A stretch of 64,000 bases of DNA from positions 82,522,001-82,586,000 of the forward strand of contig OX597827.1 in NCBI GenBank assembly GCA_951406725.2. The letters run 5' to 3'. Within the stretch, counting starts at the first letter, position 1, and each line of letters starts with the position of its first letter. This document shows positions 1 through 14,868 of the stretch, in pieces. Position numbers and translations under genes: made by a program. The DNA is from Octopus vulgaris (Eukaryota). Under the pieces are notes generated by a model that did not search any database, was not told the DNA's origin, and saw only the letters and a list, made by a program, of their open reading frames with translations.

Positions 1-69
1 TAAAATTCTGAAATCCTAAACTGGCCCAGCTATACCTATGCTCATGTAGTCTAGATCCATATACAATAG

Positions 70-255
70 TCTCTGCAGGATAGAAATAACAGCCAAATCC
101 CCTCAAACCACACCTTACTGTCTCAGGAAATAGAACAGGCACACTGGATCATGTTACCTTACATACTGATAAATCGATGGGATGGTCATGGCTGGAATTG
201 CTTAGATCTACTGAATCAGGGTTGACTTTAGAGTTCAACCACAACCACAACAGCA
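70..255 (+). mobile_element. SINE-like repeat, family D (3' part, AAC tail)
   Basis: Motif string tagaaataacagccaaat...gatggtcatggctgga...acaac recurs at about 5050-5240, 6500-6640, 8715-9000, 12920-13075 (+) and 53750-53900 (-). Confidence 0.55.
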
Positions 256-716
256 ATACACTGGGTTATTAAAATTCATGTTCAGCATTGTAATCAGTTG
301 CAGCAGAGTGCAGCTGGTAACATGATGTTGACAACAATGCATGGTGCATATTTGTTACACAAAAATAATCAACGAGACACACACACACACCTCCCTTACC
401 AACTCCTTTCCCTCTCTCTCTCTCTTTCCTTTCCTCTATCTCTCTTCCTTCCTCTCCCTTCTCTCTCTCCCCTCTTTATCCTTCCAACAGCTGCATCTCT
501 ACAGGTGATGGGCCCAGTTCTTCCATCACGAAGACTAATGTGCATGTGTATGAATGTGTAGGCGTGAATGTGTGCATGTGAGCATAAGTGTGTATGGCTG
601 TGTGTACATATGCGTGTAAGTGCATATGTGTATGTATGCATGTAAGTGTGTATATGTATAATATATGTGCAAGTATGTATGTAGATATGTGCATAAATGT
701 ACATGTATGTGTATCA

Positions 717-794
<78 letters not shown>

Positions 795-1090
795 ATGCGC
801 GTGCCTATGTGCGAAGGTGGGAACCATTTCAAAATGTTCCTAAATAACTTCATTTGACTCCATTCAACTCTTTAACATCTTCCAAGGTTTTAATATTTGT
901 GGATGGTGGAGAAAAATTTCAGGAAAACAATTTTAAAAAATTGATGGGAAAATTGGTTTTGTTTGTGTTTCGCTTTTTAATGTTATTTTTTTTCGAAACT
1001 AAAAGCTTTTAGCAGACACACACACACACACACACACACATGCATACATTATGTTTATATAAAATGTATAAATTTGTGTGTGTTTGTGTG

Positions 1091-1147
<57 letters not shown>

Positions 1148-1249
1148 TTATATGTTTATATACATATATTTAAATTCATGCATTTGCATGTATGCATTGA
1201 TGTAAATGGGAAATATGAAATATATATATATACACATATATATATATAT

Positions 1250-1310
<61 letters not shown>

Positions 1311-1463
1311 ATTATTATTCATTTAAGTATTGTTTATAAATGTATATTAATTAATGTATACACATACATATATATACTTATACATATGCATATGTATGCC
1401 TGTGAATATGCAAATAGATAAACAGACAGACAAATAGATAGATAGATATAGATAGATAGATAA

Positions 1464-1512
<49 letters not shown>

Positions 1513-2964
1513 CAGATAGGTAGATAGACAGATAGACAGACAGATAGACAGACAGAAAGACAGACAGTCTGATAGATAGATAGATAGATAGATAGATAGA
1601 CAGATAGTCAGTGAGTTAGACAGACAGATTGATACATTCACACATACATACATACATACATACATACATACATACATACATACATACATACATACACACA
1701 TACATACACACACATACCCACATACATACCCACACCCACCTGCATGTATCACACCCCAACCTGTTGTCTTCTAATTATCCACACCAGCATCAGCCATGCT
1801 AACTCAATGATGTATCACTTACAACAAACTTTGTTCAGGTGTTTCCCATTGTGGTTGATTGGTGCAGTGAGTGCATCATAACCGCTGCGTGTGAATGCAC
1901 AGTTTAGTTTCAGGTGTGCTGTTTAATACCTAATTTGATCCAGTTGACGATAACAGACACTTTTTTAACAACTTCTCTCTTATTTCTTTATATTCTCACC
2001 TGATAGCTTTGTTTTATTGCTTTTTCCCATTGATGTCTTTCTGATCCCTCTGGCTACCATTTTGGGTGACCCCTTCAATATTTAGCACTTTGTAACCTAC
2101 TTCATAACCACCCCTTAATCAATGGTTATTGTGTGTGAGTGCATGTGTTTATGTGTGCATGTGTGTGTGTGTGTGTGCGTGTGTGTGTGTGTTTGAGCAT
2201 GTAAGTAAAAAAAGGTAGATAACATAAGCATAATGAATATATTTTCATAGATTACAAATAGGAATGATGTAATGGTTTTCTCTTTACAGCTGTTTCAGAT
2301 GAACCATGACTGGAGGCATGACCACCTCTATTATATATGATATTTGTGTGTGTGTGTGTTTGAGCATGTGTGTGTGTGTTTGAGCATGTGTGTGTGTGTG
2401 TCTGTGTGCAGAGAAATATATATAACTTGTACAGTTATTGCTGCCTGGTTAAAAAGTTCACTTCACACCTCATTGTTCTGTGTCTGATCCTTTTGTATGG
2501 CACACTGGGCAAGTGTCTGCTACCATCTCTTCAGACTAACCAATTGCTATCATTCCTACCACACTATCCGACACCTAAACTCCCTTCACAAATATAAAAA
2601 AAAAATCTTCACCACCAATTCTTTGTGCTTTGTCATGAAAATTTCCTGATTAAATATCTGTAAACTGTGTTTTGCCCACTGTTTGATGTAGCTTCTAGTG
2701 TTGATATTTGAAATCACTGTCAATCTTTGAATATGATTCAATTGACTCTTCTCTAGAACTAGTGTTGGGTTCTGTGGATGGTAACTGCTTGTTGCAATTC
2801 ATCACTTAACAACCCCAACATTAATATGCATACATACGCATATACATGCAGACACATACACATACACAGACAGACAGTGACACACATACACATACAGACA
2901 CACTCACATATAAGTATAGACCTTTCCACTATACCAGGTAGAAAATGGGATGTCCTGTCAATTC

Positions 2965-3270
2965 TGATATGCCAATCATCGCTTCAGTCCCATGAAAGAG
3001 GGTTTGAGAGGCAAACATTATTCCAGTGATGAGGAAGGGAAAACTGTAGTGAAGAAGTGACTCAAAGAACAGTCAACAGAATTTCATGGGACAGGGATAC
3101 ATGCTCTCATTCAAAGGTGGAACATTGCTATTGAGGGAAACGGTGACTATGTTGAGAAGTAGGGGTGTGATCCACAGAGGACCAGCTTCATTTTGATGTA
3201 TGGATACATGTTCCTGTGTTAGAAAGTATACCTGTCCTAAACAAAATGGCATTACTTTTTGACATTGTTG
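2965..3270 (+). mobile_element. mariner transposon 3' fragment with right TIR
   Basis: Translates to MKEGLRGKHYSSDEEGKTVVKK*LKEQSTEF...IQRWNIAIEGNGDYVEK*, a mariner C-terminus; ends ggcattactttttgac; same family as 45977-46515. Confidence 0.85.
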
Positions 3271-4216
3271 TGTGTATATATATATATACACACACACATT
3301 TATACACAAATACACATATATATGTATTTATACATGTAATATGGAAGGATATGGGAAAAAAAGTTATAGCATTGCCTGTGGGGTTTCAATGCCATATCTG
3401 TTGTAAAGCAGGAATTGCTGCTAAGCACAGCATGAGAATGGAATAACAACCTTTAAGGAACGGCAACACTCGCAGGTATTACTAGCTTTTGGGTGGAAGA
3501 AGAAGAAGAAGAGGAATCTGAGAGGGAGAAAGAAGAGGAAGGTGAAGAGGAGGTGGGTGAGGCATACAAGAAGAAGGTGAAGAAAAAAGAGGAGGGGAAG
3601 AAGAGAAGTTGAAAACAAAGGAGGAGGAGGAGGAGGAGAAAGAAGAAGAAGGAAAAAAAGGAGGAGGAGGAGGAGGAGAAGAAGAGTAGGGGAAGTAGAA
3701 GAGGAAAAGTAGAGGAATAAGAGTAGGGGAGGAAGAGGCGGGGGAGGGGAGGAGGAGTAGAAGAATAAGAAAATAGAGGAGGAGGAGGGGATAATGGTAC
3801 GGTGACAAGCAGCAGCAGCAGCAGCAGCAGTGGTGGTGGCGGTGGAGGAGGAGGAGGAGGAAATGATTGTTCTAATGTGATGAGTTAAGATTTATGTTGG
3901 TAATTTTAAGTGTTAGATCCTATTAACGGTTTTGCCGATTAGTGTGGATGTCTGGCAGCAGAGATTGCCAGGCAAGATACAATGCTAATAAAACAATAAT
4001 GGCACCACTTAAACACACCAAACTTACTGCTTATGGACGATAATTCAAATTAGATTAGCGCAGTTTCTTCTTCTCTAAAACCTCCAAGAATTTTGTCCAT
4101 TAGCCTCTCACACCTCCCCTCTTTCTCTCTCTCTCTCAAAACCATTCTAAATCCTGATCTAACACATACACAAACACACTCACATCTCCAGATACTACCA
4201 TTCACATGTACACACT

Positions 4217-4258
<42 letters not shown>

Positions 4259-4400
4259 TAGACATGAACATGTGCATGCTTGTGTATGCATATACATATA
4301 TATACATATGTATATACATATTCATATATACACATATACGTGTGTGTATATATATATGTGTGCATATATATATATATATATGTATATATATGTACGTATG

Positions 4401-4431
<31 letters not shown>

Positions 4432-4630
4432 ATACATTTATATATATACTCTAATACATATATTCTTATGTATCTATGTATATACATATATATATATACA
4501 TACATATGTATATACATATATATATGTGTATATGTATATATATCTATATCTATCTATCTATCTATATATATATATATATATATATATATAGATATATAGA
4601 TATAGATATAGATATATTTGTATATATATT

Positions 4631-4679
<49 letters not shown>

Positions 4680-4739
4680 ATATATGTATATATGTATACA
4701 CACATATATATATATGCATATATATACATACACATACAT

Positions 4740-4780
<41 letters not shown>

Positions 4781-5624
4781 TGTGTGTGTGCACATTGACA
4801 TAGTCATGTAGCAGCATGGTTGAGGCTGATGATGAGAAGTCTGCCTCTCAAAGCGCCATTAGTAACCAATCTGTTGGAATACCATCAGCAAATGCCACAG
4901 CTCCCATTAACGGTTGGCTTTCCAAATAAATCACTGCACCATTTCACCAAGAATCGACTTGCATTTTGAATTCAGGGACTGGGGCCCTTCTTAAAGATAA
5001 TCACCCCTCACTCCAATTATGTGTGACTATGTGATAAATAGTTGATGCCTTGCTCAGCTAAAAGTAACAGCTAAGTCTCTCTCAAATCCCATGTTGCTAT
5101 ACTCAAAGACAAATGATCTCATTATGACTAGATAATGTGATAATATCCTACATATCCATAAAATCATGTGATGGTCATGGTTGGAATGGATCTGATCATA
5201 GTTCTGCTGAGTCAGAGTTGATCTGAGTCTAAACAGCAATGACATTAATAAAATTAACCACGAGAAAACATTCAACACCCCACCCAAACACACACGCATA
5301 CCTCCACCCAAACAGTTAAACCGCCTGTTGGTAATACATTGGACACTTAACAAGACAAACCATATACTGGTTAGAGTTAATTACTGCTTTACTAATTAAT
5401 CACTCGCTTCACCAACTAACAAAGCTACACCTTTTTAACTAGAAATTAAAATAATCTCAAAGCAAATTAAATCATTTTTTTTTCTAATTAAATATTGCAA
5501 TCAAACTATTTTCTAATGCGTTTATCTGATGAGGAATAAATTACACTTTAATTTGCAACATTTCTTGAACAAGTATCAAACCATTTTTCAAGAGCTTATA
5601 AACAGCAGCATCATCATTATCATC

Positions 5625-6330
5625 ATCATTTAACCTCCATTTTCCATGCTGGCATGGGTTGGACGGTTTGAATGGGGACTGGCAAGTTGGAAGACTCCAC
5701 CATGCTCTACTTTTTTTATTCTTTTACTCTTTCACTTGTTTCAGTCATTTGACTGCGGCCATGCTCGATCACCACTTTTAGTCCAGCAAATCACCTCCAG
5801 GACTTATTCTTTGTAGGCCTAGTACTTACTCTATCGACTTCTTTTGCCGAACCGCTAAGTGACGGAGACATAAACACACTAACATTGGTTGTCAAGCAAT
5901 GGTGGTGGAGGACAAATACAAACATATACACACACATACACACATATATATATTTATATATATACGACAGGCTTCTTTCAGTTTCCGTCAACCAAATCCA
6001 CTCACAAGGCTTTGATCAGTCCGAGGCTATAGTAGAAGATACATGCCCAAGGTGTCACACAATTATGTGGTTGGTAAACAAGCTACTTATCGCACAGCCA
6101 CTCCTGCACCTCTTAACTTTGGCATGGTTTCTGTGGTTGGATCCTCTTCCTAACACCAACCACTTTACACAGGGTACAGGGTACTTTTCACTTGGTGCCA
6201 GTACAAGTGCTTTTCACAGGGTGCCACCTGAGTGCTTTTTATGTGGCACCAGCAAGGCTGCTTTTTACTTGATGCTAGCATGGGTGCATTTATGTGGCAC
6301 CAGCACTCACAGAGTGACCCAGAAGCTTAC
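5625..6330 (-). mobile_element. family C repeat (ATG/CAT tail) split by a family A SINE
   Basis: 5625-5710 and 6115-6330 are contiguous in the uninterrupted copy at 51684-51896. Confidence 0.7.
5716..6108 (-). mobile_element. tRNA-derived SINE, family A
   Basis: Reverse complement of the 26824-27233 element with a partial head deletion. Confidence 0.85.
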
Positions 6331-6678
6331 AAGACAGAACATCTCTTGCAAGCTGCTTGCCAGTCCCTTGGATGCTGGTGCTACATAAGCATTTTGGAAA
6401 TACAAACCAGAGATACTCTGAGTACAAATTCTGTTTGTCTTTTCAGTGCTTTAGTCAAAATGAGTTGTTACAAAATACTGAGACACAATCAATTCATCAA
6501 GAAATAGAAGCTAAATCTCCAATAAATCAAACTAAGAATGCACAATTCTCCATATCCATGAAAAAACAAAAACAGGATGGTCATGGCTGGAGTACCCTGG
6601 ATCATAAATCTGTTTAATCAAGTCTGACCTGAAATTAAACCATACATGTATACATACATACATACATACATACGTGCA

Positions 6679-6712
<34 letters not shown>

Positions 6713-6947
6713 CATACATACACATCCCGTAATGCATATACAGCAGCAAATACACACACACACACACACACACACACCACTCTTTTAATTAATGATATTA
6801 CAATGGAATCTCACTTGTATCTTTGTTAGAGTTTATCATAATAGAACTGCACCGACAGAGAAGAATGTAAATACACATATACACACATATATTTATATAT
6901 GTGTGTATATTTATTTATGAACATATATGTGTAGTATATACATATGT

Positions 6948-6979
<32 letters not shown>

Positions 6980-7162
6980 ACACATATGTACATATATTTA
7001 CATATATACATGTATATACATTTGTATATATATATATATGTACATGAATATATGAGTGTATATGATGAGTTTAGAAAAAATGATAGGTAGATTGAGAAGA
7101 GGAGACAGACAAACAGAGAGGCAGGAATTGATAGAGAGAGAGAGAAAGAGAGAGAGAGTGAT

Positions 7163-7211
<49 letters not shown>

Positions 7212-7599
7212 CAGATACACATACATATATGTGGTATGTAACATGGTTGAGGTGTACCACACACACACACACACACATTTATAGACACCCCCCCCCCCAC
7301 CCCCGCACCCCCCCATCTTTCAGTGTTCCAAGTCTGTTTTACATATGTTTGCCATAAAACCTCAATGCTTCTATTGTTGCCAACCGTTCATTGTCTCCAA
7401 ATAGCATGTTACAAGGAGATTTCAGTGGAGACTCCAGCTCTATTCAAATACAATATTCTACAAGATTTCTTCAATTTCTCTTAATTAACTCCTCATAATT
7501 CCATTCTGTGTACTAGACTTATCAACCTTTACTTTCAAAATATTTCTCTTTGCTTTCTTTCCGCTATTATTCTTATTATCATTACAAATAATAATAATA

Positions 7600-7642
<43 letters not shown>

Positions 7643-8077
7643 TAATAATAATAACAATAATAATAATAATAATAACAATAACAATAATAATATTAATAAT
7701 AATAATTTCATATTTTTTAAAAATTACACTTTGTTATTTTGCTTTTTAAATCCTTTTATTGTCATCTCTCAACAGCTTTTTCTTCAGATTTGCTTCTAAG
7801 TTTTGTTTGGTTTTGTTTAAGAGTGAAATTAGTATTGTAGTTGTTGTTGTTGTTGTTGGCGGTGGTGGCAGCGGCGGCGGCGGCGGCGGTGGTGGTGGTG
7901 GTGGTGGTGGTGGTGGTGGTGGTAGTGGCAGCGTGTGTTGTTCTTGTGTTAGTTAATGCAGTTTAAGTTATTGTCACCTGTTTTGTTGGTACTATTCTCA
8001 ATAACATTACTGTTGTCATCATCATCACCATCACCATCACCATCATCATCGCTATCTTCATCGTTATCATCTCCTCG

Positions 8078-8108
<31 letters not shown>

Positions 8109-8231
8109 TATACATGTGTACACACAGACACTCATACACAAACACATACAAGTATATATTTATACACACAGACATATACAACATTTTATTTTATAAATAT
8201 CATTTTTGCTGCTGTTGATATCACCATTATC

Positions 8232-8324
<93 letters not shown>

Positions 8325-8449
8325 CATCATTATTATTGTGTGATGTATATGTGAAAGCATTCATACATATGTATCTCTCTCTCTCTATGTATATATATAT
8401 ATTATGTATGTATGTGTGTAGTGTATGTATGTATACATACATCACATTG

Positions 8450-8511
<62 letters not shown>

Positions 8512-9513
8512 GTATTGTTTAACAGAAAACAAAGCGTCAGAAATGTAATTCAAACCATTCTTCACACCTTTTGTCTCACCACCATCACCTCTCCCTCCCC
8601 TCACTGCACCACTCATAACACTACCACCATCACCCCCACCTGCCACCATCACCACCATCACCACCATCGCCACCACCACCACTATCCAATGCCGATGCCA
8701 TCGTGTGGTCGTTGAGCCTGCTAGAAATAACAGTTAAATTCTATTAAATGACATTCTACAGTTGCTGTTTCTGTTGCCACTAAATATTGCTTATATTGTC
8801 ATCATCATCATCGTCATCATCACCATCAGCATCATCAGCATCATCATCAACAGCAGCAGTAGCAACAGTAACAGCAGCAGCAGCATCATGCTTATATATG
8901 TACAGGGTTTCCTGTACATAAGGAAAAAACTGGATTCTCTTTGATTATTGGTCTCGGCTCAATCAGTGTTGACCAGGGCTAAACAACAGCAACAATAGTA
9001 ATAATGATCCTTATTCACCCCACCACCAACACCACCACTACCACCACCACCACCACCACTTCCAATATCTTCCATTGTCTTAAAAAAATCAATGCTTTAT
9101 TGACAGTCCAGTCTCCTCCTCTTCCTCATTCTCCTCCTCCCACCTCTCTCTCTCTGTCTCTCTCTTTCTCCACTTTTCGTACTAATTATCTCTTATTTGT
9201 GGTGATATTTCTCTCTCTCCTGTATTACCATGCAGTCAGGTGTTGTGTTGTTGGTTTTTCAAGCTACATATGGTGTAACAATATATGAAAAGACTTACTC
9301 ATTTGTGCATTGTATTAATTACATTGTAATACACACACAATACTGGTAGAGTATTGGAGAGTTACATATGTGTGGATGTGAGAAATCATTATAATCATTA
9401 TTATTGTTATTTTTCTAATTATCAATAATAATAATAATGATAATATGGGCTGTTTATCTTGATATGAGTTCACAATGTCATACACATATAGTTGTGATTC
9501 ATGGGCCTGGTAT

Positions 9514-9752
9514 ATATCTATTTCTTTACTACCCGCAAGGGGCTAAACACAGAGAGGACAAACAAGGAGAGACAAACAGATTAAGTCGATTATATCGACT
9601 CCAGTGCGTAACTGGTACTTATTTAATCAACCCCAAAAGAATGAAAGGCAAAGTCAACCTCGGCGGAATTTGAACTCAGAACGTAACAGCAGACGAAATA
9701 TGGCTACACATTTTGCCCAACGTGCTAACGTTTCTGCCAGCTCGCTGCCTTT
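9514..9752 (-). mobile_element. tRNA-derived SINE, family B (near full length)
   Basis: Minus strand reads aaggcagcgagctggcagaaacgttagc...gagttcaaattcc (A/B-box-like), then ctttgcctttcatt...aagtaccagt. Other copies: 11480-11690, 11760-11920, 14310-14500(-), 14575-14730(-), 17893-18115, 18153-18360, 39860-39965. Confidence 0.8.
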
Positions 9753-9879
9753 TACCATTATCAGATGGGTTGTCATGATGGCATATAGGGCTGCATATAT
9801 TTGTATCCCAACATCACTTTGAATGCATGCATTGCTCTCTCACTCAATAGTAATGATGATGATGATGATGATAATTACA

Positions 9880-10260
9880 AAATCCTGTGAGATGCAATGC
9901 TTCAGTGTGACCATCAGATTAAACATTGAAAACCTGACATTGTTGTACTACAACAATAGAGAATAGAGAAAAAAAACCTGCCTGATAATTGACTTAGCGT
10001 GTCCTGGCGACAACAGGATTGAAGAGAAAGAAAGAGAAAAAGTGGACCCCTATGAAGAACTGAAGTGGGAAATATGGAGGCAGTGGTCAATGAGAAGAGT
10101 AGATGTGGTACCAGTAGTGAGTGGTACCCCTAGAAGTATCAGTACCCAGCTACCAATGTGGCTCAAAAAGATTGGAATAGGTGTAAAAATAGAACACCTA
10201 CAAAAATTATCATTGCTTGGAACTGCAAGAATCCTTCAAAGGGTTCTTGAAGCAGTAAAC
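9880..10260 (+). mobile_element. R4/Dong-type non-LTR retrotransposon, restriction-like endonuclease fragment
   Basis: Decayed KPDIVV...IIDLACPGDNRIEEKEREKVDPYEELKWEIWRQW...LQKLSLLGTARILQRVL matches the PD..D..K RLE C-terminus. Confidence 0.8.
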
Positions 10261-10319
10261 AAGGAACAGTCCTTGGCAGGGAGAGAATTGCCAATAGAGA
10301 AATAATGAAACAAATCGAA

Positions 10320-10615
10320 AAGAGGGCTATGAGTACCTTGGTATACTAAAGTTCAATGAAATCATGGGGAAAGAAATGAAAGAAGAGCTGAAGAAAGAGT
10401 AACTGTGATTGGTTTCACTCGCAATTATTGAGTGGATGGCATAAAATGCAAGAAGGAAATAGATGGGTGATGGCAGCATTTAGGTATGGAGCCAGAGTTA
10501 TAAACCATCAAAAGAAAAAACTGATGAGTATGGATACGAAGACAAGGAAACTATTGACATTGCATGGAGTTTTCCATCTCAAGAGGAACACTGATTGGTT
10601 TCCAGAAGAAAAGGT
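10320..10615 (+). mobile_element. R4/Dong-type RT C-terminal fragment
   Basis: YEYLGIL (KYLG-like) and FRYGA...MDTKTRKLLTLHGVFHLK motifs, with stops and frameshifts. Confidence 0.65.
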
Positions 10616-10694
10616 GGGAGAATCATTCGCTTTTGGTGCCTTATAATTTAACACACTCACTGGTAAAATTTCCACTCATTTCTTTTTTATTTTC

Positions 10695-10731
10695 CTAAAA
10701 TTTTCGTTGCATCTTGCAACCTATTCAATAG
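10695..10731 (-). ncRNA. minimal hammerhead-like motif (degenerate core)
   Basis: cta-TTGAATA-g-gttgca aga tgcaac-GAAA-at-T-T-tag: 6-bp perfect stem II, 3-bp stem I, but U3/U8 mismatch. Confidence 0.4.
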
Positions 10732-11029
10732 TTTTGACTCTGTCCATTATTCACATTGCGTTCCTTTTTGTTTGTTTGAGCATCATATATGTGGGTCAGT
10801 GTGTGTGTGTGCGTGTGCCTATACATGCATGTATGTATGCATGTGTGTGTATGCATGTATATATGTGTGTGCATATGTATATATATATATGTGTGTACAT
10901 TTGTATGTATGTATTTTGCATATTCATGTGGTTGTGTGTTTGTACATGTGTGTGTGTGTGTACCTCTGTCTCCTTGTGTGTGCATGTCTGAGTGTGTGTG
11001 TGTGTATGACTGGCATCCATGCAAGTGGA

Positions 11030-11460
11030 GCGCTAAGAGTACCATACGAGCGTGATCGTTGCCAGAGCAACAAGCTGGCCTCCGTGCCGGTGGCATGTAA
11101 AAAGCACCATTCGAGTGTGCTTGTTACCTGCATTGCCTTACTGGCACTTGTGCTGGTGGCACGCGAAAAAAAATTCAAGCATGGTCGTTGCCGCTGGACT
11201 GGCTCCTGTGCAGGTGGCACATAAAAAGCACCATTTGAGCGTGGCCATTGCCAGTACTGCCTGACTGGCCCTTGTGCCGGTGGCACGTAAAAGCATTCAC
11301 TACACTCTCGGAGTGGTTGGCGTTAGGAAGAGCATCCAGCTGTAGAAACTCTGCCAGATCAAGATTGAAACCTGGTGCAGCTATCTGGTTCACCAGACCT
11401 CCATCAAATCGTCCAACCCATGCTAGCATGGAAAGCGGACGTTAAATGATGATGATGATG
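11030..11460 (+). mobile_element. family C repeat with internal ~60-bp tandem units and (ATG)n tail
   Basis: Four gtgc.ggtggca.gtaaaaagca units; 3' end cccatgctagcatggaaagcggacgttaaatgatgatg. Other copies: 20838-21030(+), 33688-33880(-), 43400-43650(-), 51306-51365(-), 51684-51896(-). Confidence 0.75.
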
Positions 11461-11684
11461 TACCTTGTTTATGAAATAAAAGGTGGGAGAAGTTTGATCA
11501 TTTGTCAGCAAAACGCTTAGCAACATTCCATCCATCTTTATGTTCTGATTTTAAATTCTCCCAAGGCCAACTTTGCCTTTCAGGGTCAATAAAAGAAGTA
11601 CCAGTTGAGGGCTGTGAGTTGGTGTCATCAATTTGCCCCCTCCCACCAAATTTCAGGCCTTGTGCCTATTGCAGAAAGGACTAA

Positions 11685-11726
<42 letters not shown>

Positions 11727-11930
11727 CATTGTTGTTGTTGTTGTTGTTGTGCTTCGCCCATCATTGCATTCTGAGTTCAAATTCCGCTAAGGTCAGCTTT
11801 GCCATTTATCCTTTCAGAGTCGATAGATTAAGTACCAGTCAAGTACTGGGGTTGATGTGATCGACTTATCCCCTTCCCAACAAATTCCAGGCCTTGTGCC
11901 TGTGGTAGAAAGGATTATCATTATTATTAA

Positions 11931-12057
<127 letters not shown>

Positions 12058-12472
12058 GTTGTTGTTGTTCTTGTTGTTGTTTCCAGAAAGTGTAGAAGAC
12101 AGTCAAAGTGAGAGGCTCCATTCCTCTCAACAAAGAATTAAGATGGAACACCACAATTATGATTTCTGCTCACACTCGGCCACGTAAGAACACAACTGGT
12201 GATGGAGGTGGGCCGGGAGGGGACGGAGGTTAGTCAGAACTCAATAACTACAAACACCAACATGGTTATTCGTAAAGGAAGGAAGGAAGGAAGGAAGGGG
12301 AAAAGGGAGGGACGAAGGAGAGGAGGGAAGGAAGGGAGGGTGGGATGGAGGGTAAGGAGAGAGAGAGAGAGAGAGAGAGGAAGGAAGTTGGAACATTCTG
12401 CTGCATCTGTTTTATTGGTATGCACAACTCTGCAGTGGAAATCCAATTGTTCGTTTCCCTTTCTCTCTGCAG

Positions 12473-12581
12473 ACTTGCTTTGCAGTCAGTGGTGAGGCAT
12501 TAACATCGAAGTGTCACATCGTACTGAATACAGATGTTGCTGGAGAGGCCATTGCCATGAACGACGGAGCAGGAATATTTA
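12473..12581 (+). other. candidate host exon with ATG at 12557 (MNDGAGIF, phase 1)
   Basis: Polypyrimidine acceptor tttcccttttctctctgcag, Kozak-like gccATG, donor gtaagc, in non-repetitive sequence. Confidence 0.3.
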
Positions 12582-13075
12582 GTAAGCTTGTTACATTGAT
12601 GGAGTGAATTGGAGAGAGAGGGGTGAGAGGGTATGGATCTTAAATGCTTCCTTCCAAATTCCATTGGATCTTGGAAATATACTATCACAAGGTGCTGCTC
12701 CAGCATGGCCACAGTGTAATGACTGAAACACGTTAAAGATAACGCTATCCAATTGTATACACCTTCTCAAAAACATGCGTACTGAATCAAAGCTAAGAAA
12801 TACATCGGTTTAAAGTCTAAAGACTTCAGTAACCGACACACTATGGCTACAGCTCACCAAACACCACAACACTGTGTCCTCCCGTGTTTTCTATGTTTAT
12901 TCTGCCACCAATACTGTCTGATGGATCTGCTAGAATTAGGAGCTAAATTTCCTTCAAATTTTTGAAAAGGAAGGACATATCAGACAACAAAAGATGGGAA
13001 GATTAACATGGATTGCCTATAGTTCATAGGTCAACCGGATGAAGTCTAACCTGGTGCTAAATAACAACAACAACG

Positions 13076-13125
<50 letters not shown>

Positions 13126-13133
13126 CACTACTG

Positions 13134-13165
<32 letters not shown>

Positions 13166-13329
13166 ATTAGTCTAGAAAGGACAAAAAAAGTTTTTATTAT
13201 TATAGGTGGGTTGAGCAACAAAAGATGGGGTGGGAGCAAATTTCATCTGATAACCAGATCCCTTCTCCCCTAATACATGTGACAACAACTGTTTGACTAG
13301 TTTGCCATGCTTGGACACCGCACAAGTTC

Positions 13330-13635
13330 TTATAATAGGACTTCAGACTCTGTATACATCATAGACAGACCTTACCTGTAGAGTTATCCAAATCTGGACT
13401 CAATATGGATTCGTAAGGCATTTGACAGCATCCTACGTAGCTGGATCTTAAAGGCACCGAATATATAGAAGGTCTCTCCCTTTGTAAAAGGTGTTTTTAC
13501 AGCATAGTTTGGGACTGTGGGATACAGAACACAAAACTGTTTCTCAACCATAAGAAAGGCTCATCTGAAAACATCAAAATAAACAGTGGAATATTCCAGG
13601 GAAATTTACTCTCCCCTCTCCTCTTCTGGAAATCA
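13330..13635 (+). mobile_element. R4/Dong-type reverse transcriptase fragment
   Basis: RKAFDSILRSWILKA and KINSGIFQGNLLSPLLF (KAFD and GxxQGxxLSPLLF RT motifs). Confidence 0.8.
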
Positions 13636-13652
13636 ATCAGAAAGTAATGATG

Positions 13653-13737
<85 letters not shown>

Positions 13738-13804
13738 TAATAATAATAATAATAATAATTTTTTTCTTTACCCATCCTTCTTTAAAAAAAAGCTTTTATT
13801 ATTA

Positions 13805-14170
13805 TAGGTGGGTAAAGAAAAAATGCATGGTTAGTTTCATAGGAATGTTGAAGATAAGACAGACAGAGGAAAAAGATGGCTGTGGATGACTAAAAGTAAT
13901 ATAAAACTGGAAACAGAGGCTCTAATCTGTGCTGCCCAAGAGCAAGCACTAAGAACAAACTACATAAAATACAGAATGGACAACACAGCAGAAAGTGATA
14001 AGTGCAGAATCTGTGGACAAAATGATGAAACTGTATGGCATATTACCAGCCAATGTACGCCACTAGTCCAGAAGGAATATAAGAGATGCCACGACAATAT
14101 AGCCAGGGTTGTCCATTGGACACTTTGCAACAAGTATGGACTTGACAGAGCAAAAAATTGGCATGACCCC
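13805..14170 (+). mobile_element. R4/Dong-type CCHC zinc-knuckle region
   Basis: ETEALICAAQEQAL...CRICGQNDETVWHITSQC...YKRCHDNIARVVHW (ORF 13886-14215). Confidence 0.85.
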
Positions 14171-14826
14171 AAAAGGAGGAAAGATAAACTCAGTGGACAA
14201 ACAAAATGCCACTGAGCATTTTGTCCAGTGCGCTAACGATTCTATCAGCTCACTGCTTAACGATGATGATGATAATAATAATAGTAATAATGATAATAAT
14301 GTTAATCTTTTCTACTTTAGGCACAAGGCCTGAAATTTGGGGAAGGGGGATAGTCAATTGCATCAACCCCGGTACTCAACTGGTATTTAATTTATTGACC
14401 CCAAAAGGATGAAAGGTAAAGTTGACCTCAGCAGAATTTGAACTCAGAAAGTAGCGATGCGTGAAATACCGCTAACCATTCTGCCAGCTCACCACCTTTA
14501 TAATAATAATGAATAATAATACTAATAATAATGATAAAAATAATAATAATTATTATTATTATAATAATAATAATGGTTTCAAATTTTGGCACAAGGCCAG
14601 TAATTTCGGGGAGGGGTTGAGTCAATTAGATCGACCCCAGCAGTGAGCTACTGGTACTTATTTTATCAACCCCAGAAGGATGAAAGGCAAAGTTGATCTT
14701 GTTAGAATTTGAACACAAAGAGTCAGATGAAACGTCAGCAAGCTGTGGTAGAAGACACTTGCCAATGTGGGACTGAACCTAAAACCACGAGGTCGAGAGG
14801 TGAACTTTGTAACCACACAGCCATGC

Positions 14827-14868
<42 letters not shown>

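Noticed and set aside
2280-2330. gaaacagctgta half-motif on the minus strand (similar at about 47190)
   Set aside because: No CUGANGA half found
5521-5580. CTGATGAG...GAAC hammerhead remnant
   Set aside because: GAAA and stem III are broken; possibly a decayed copy but not supportable
11030-11300. CRISPR-like repeat-spacer pattern
   Set aside because: Intervening sequences resemble each other, the array lies inside a dispersed eukaryotic repeat, and there are no cas genes
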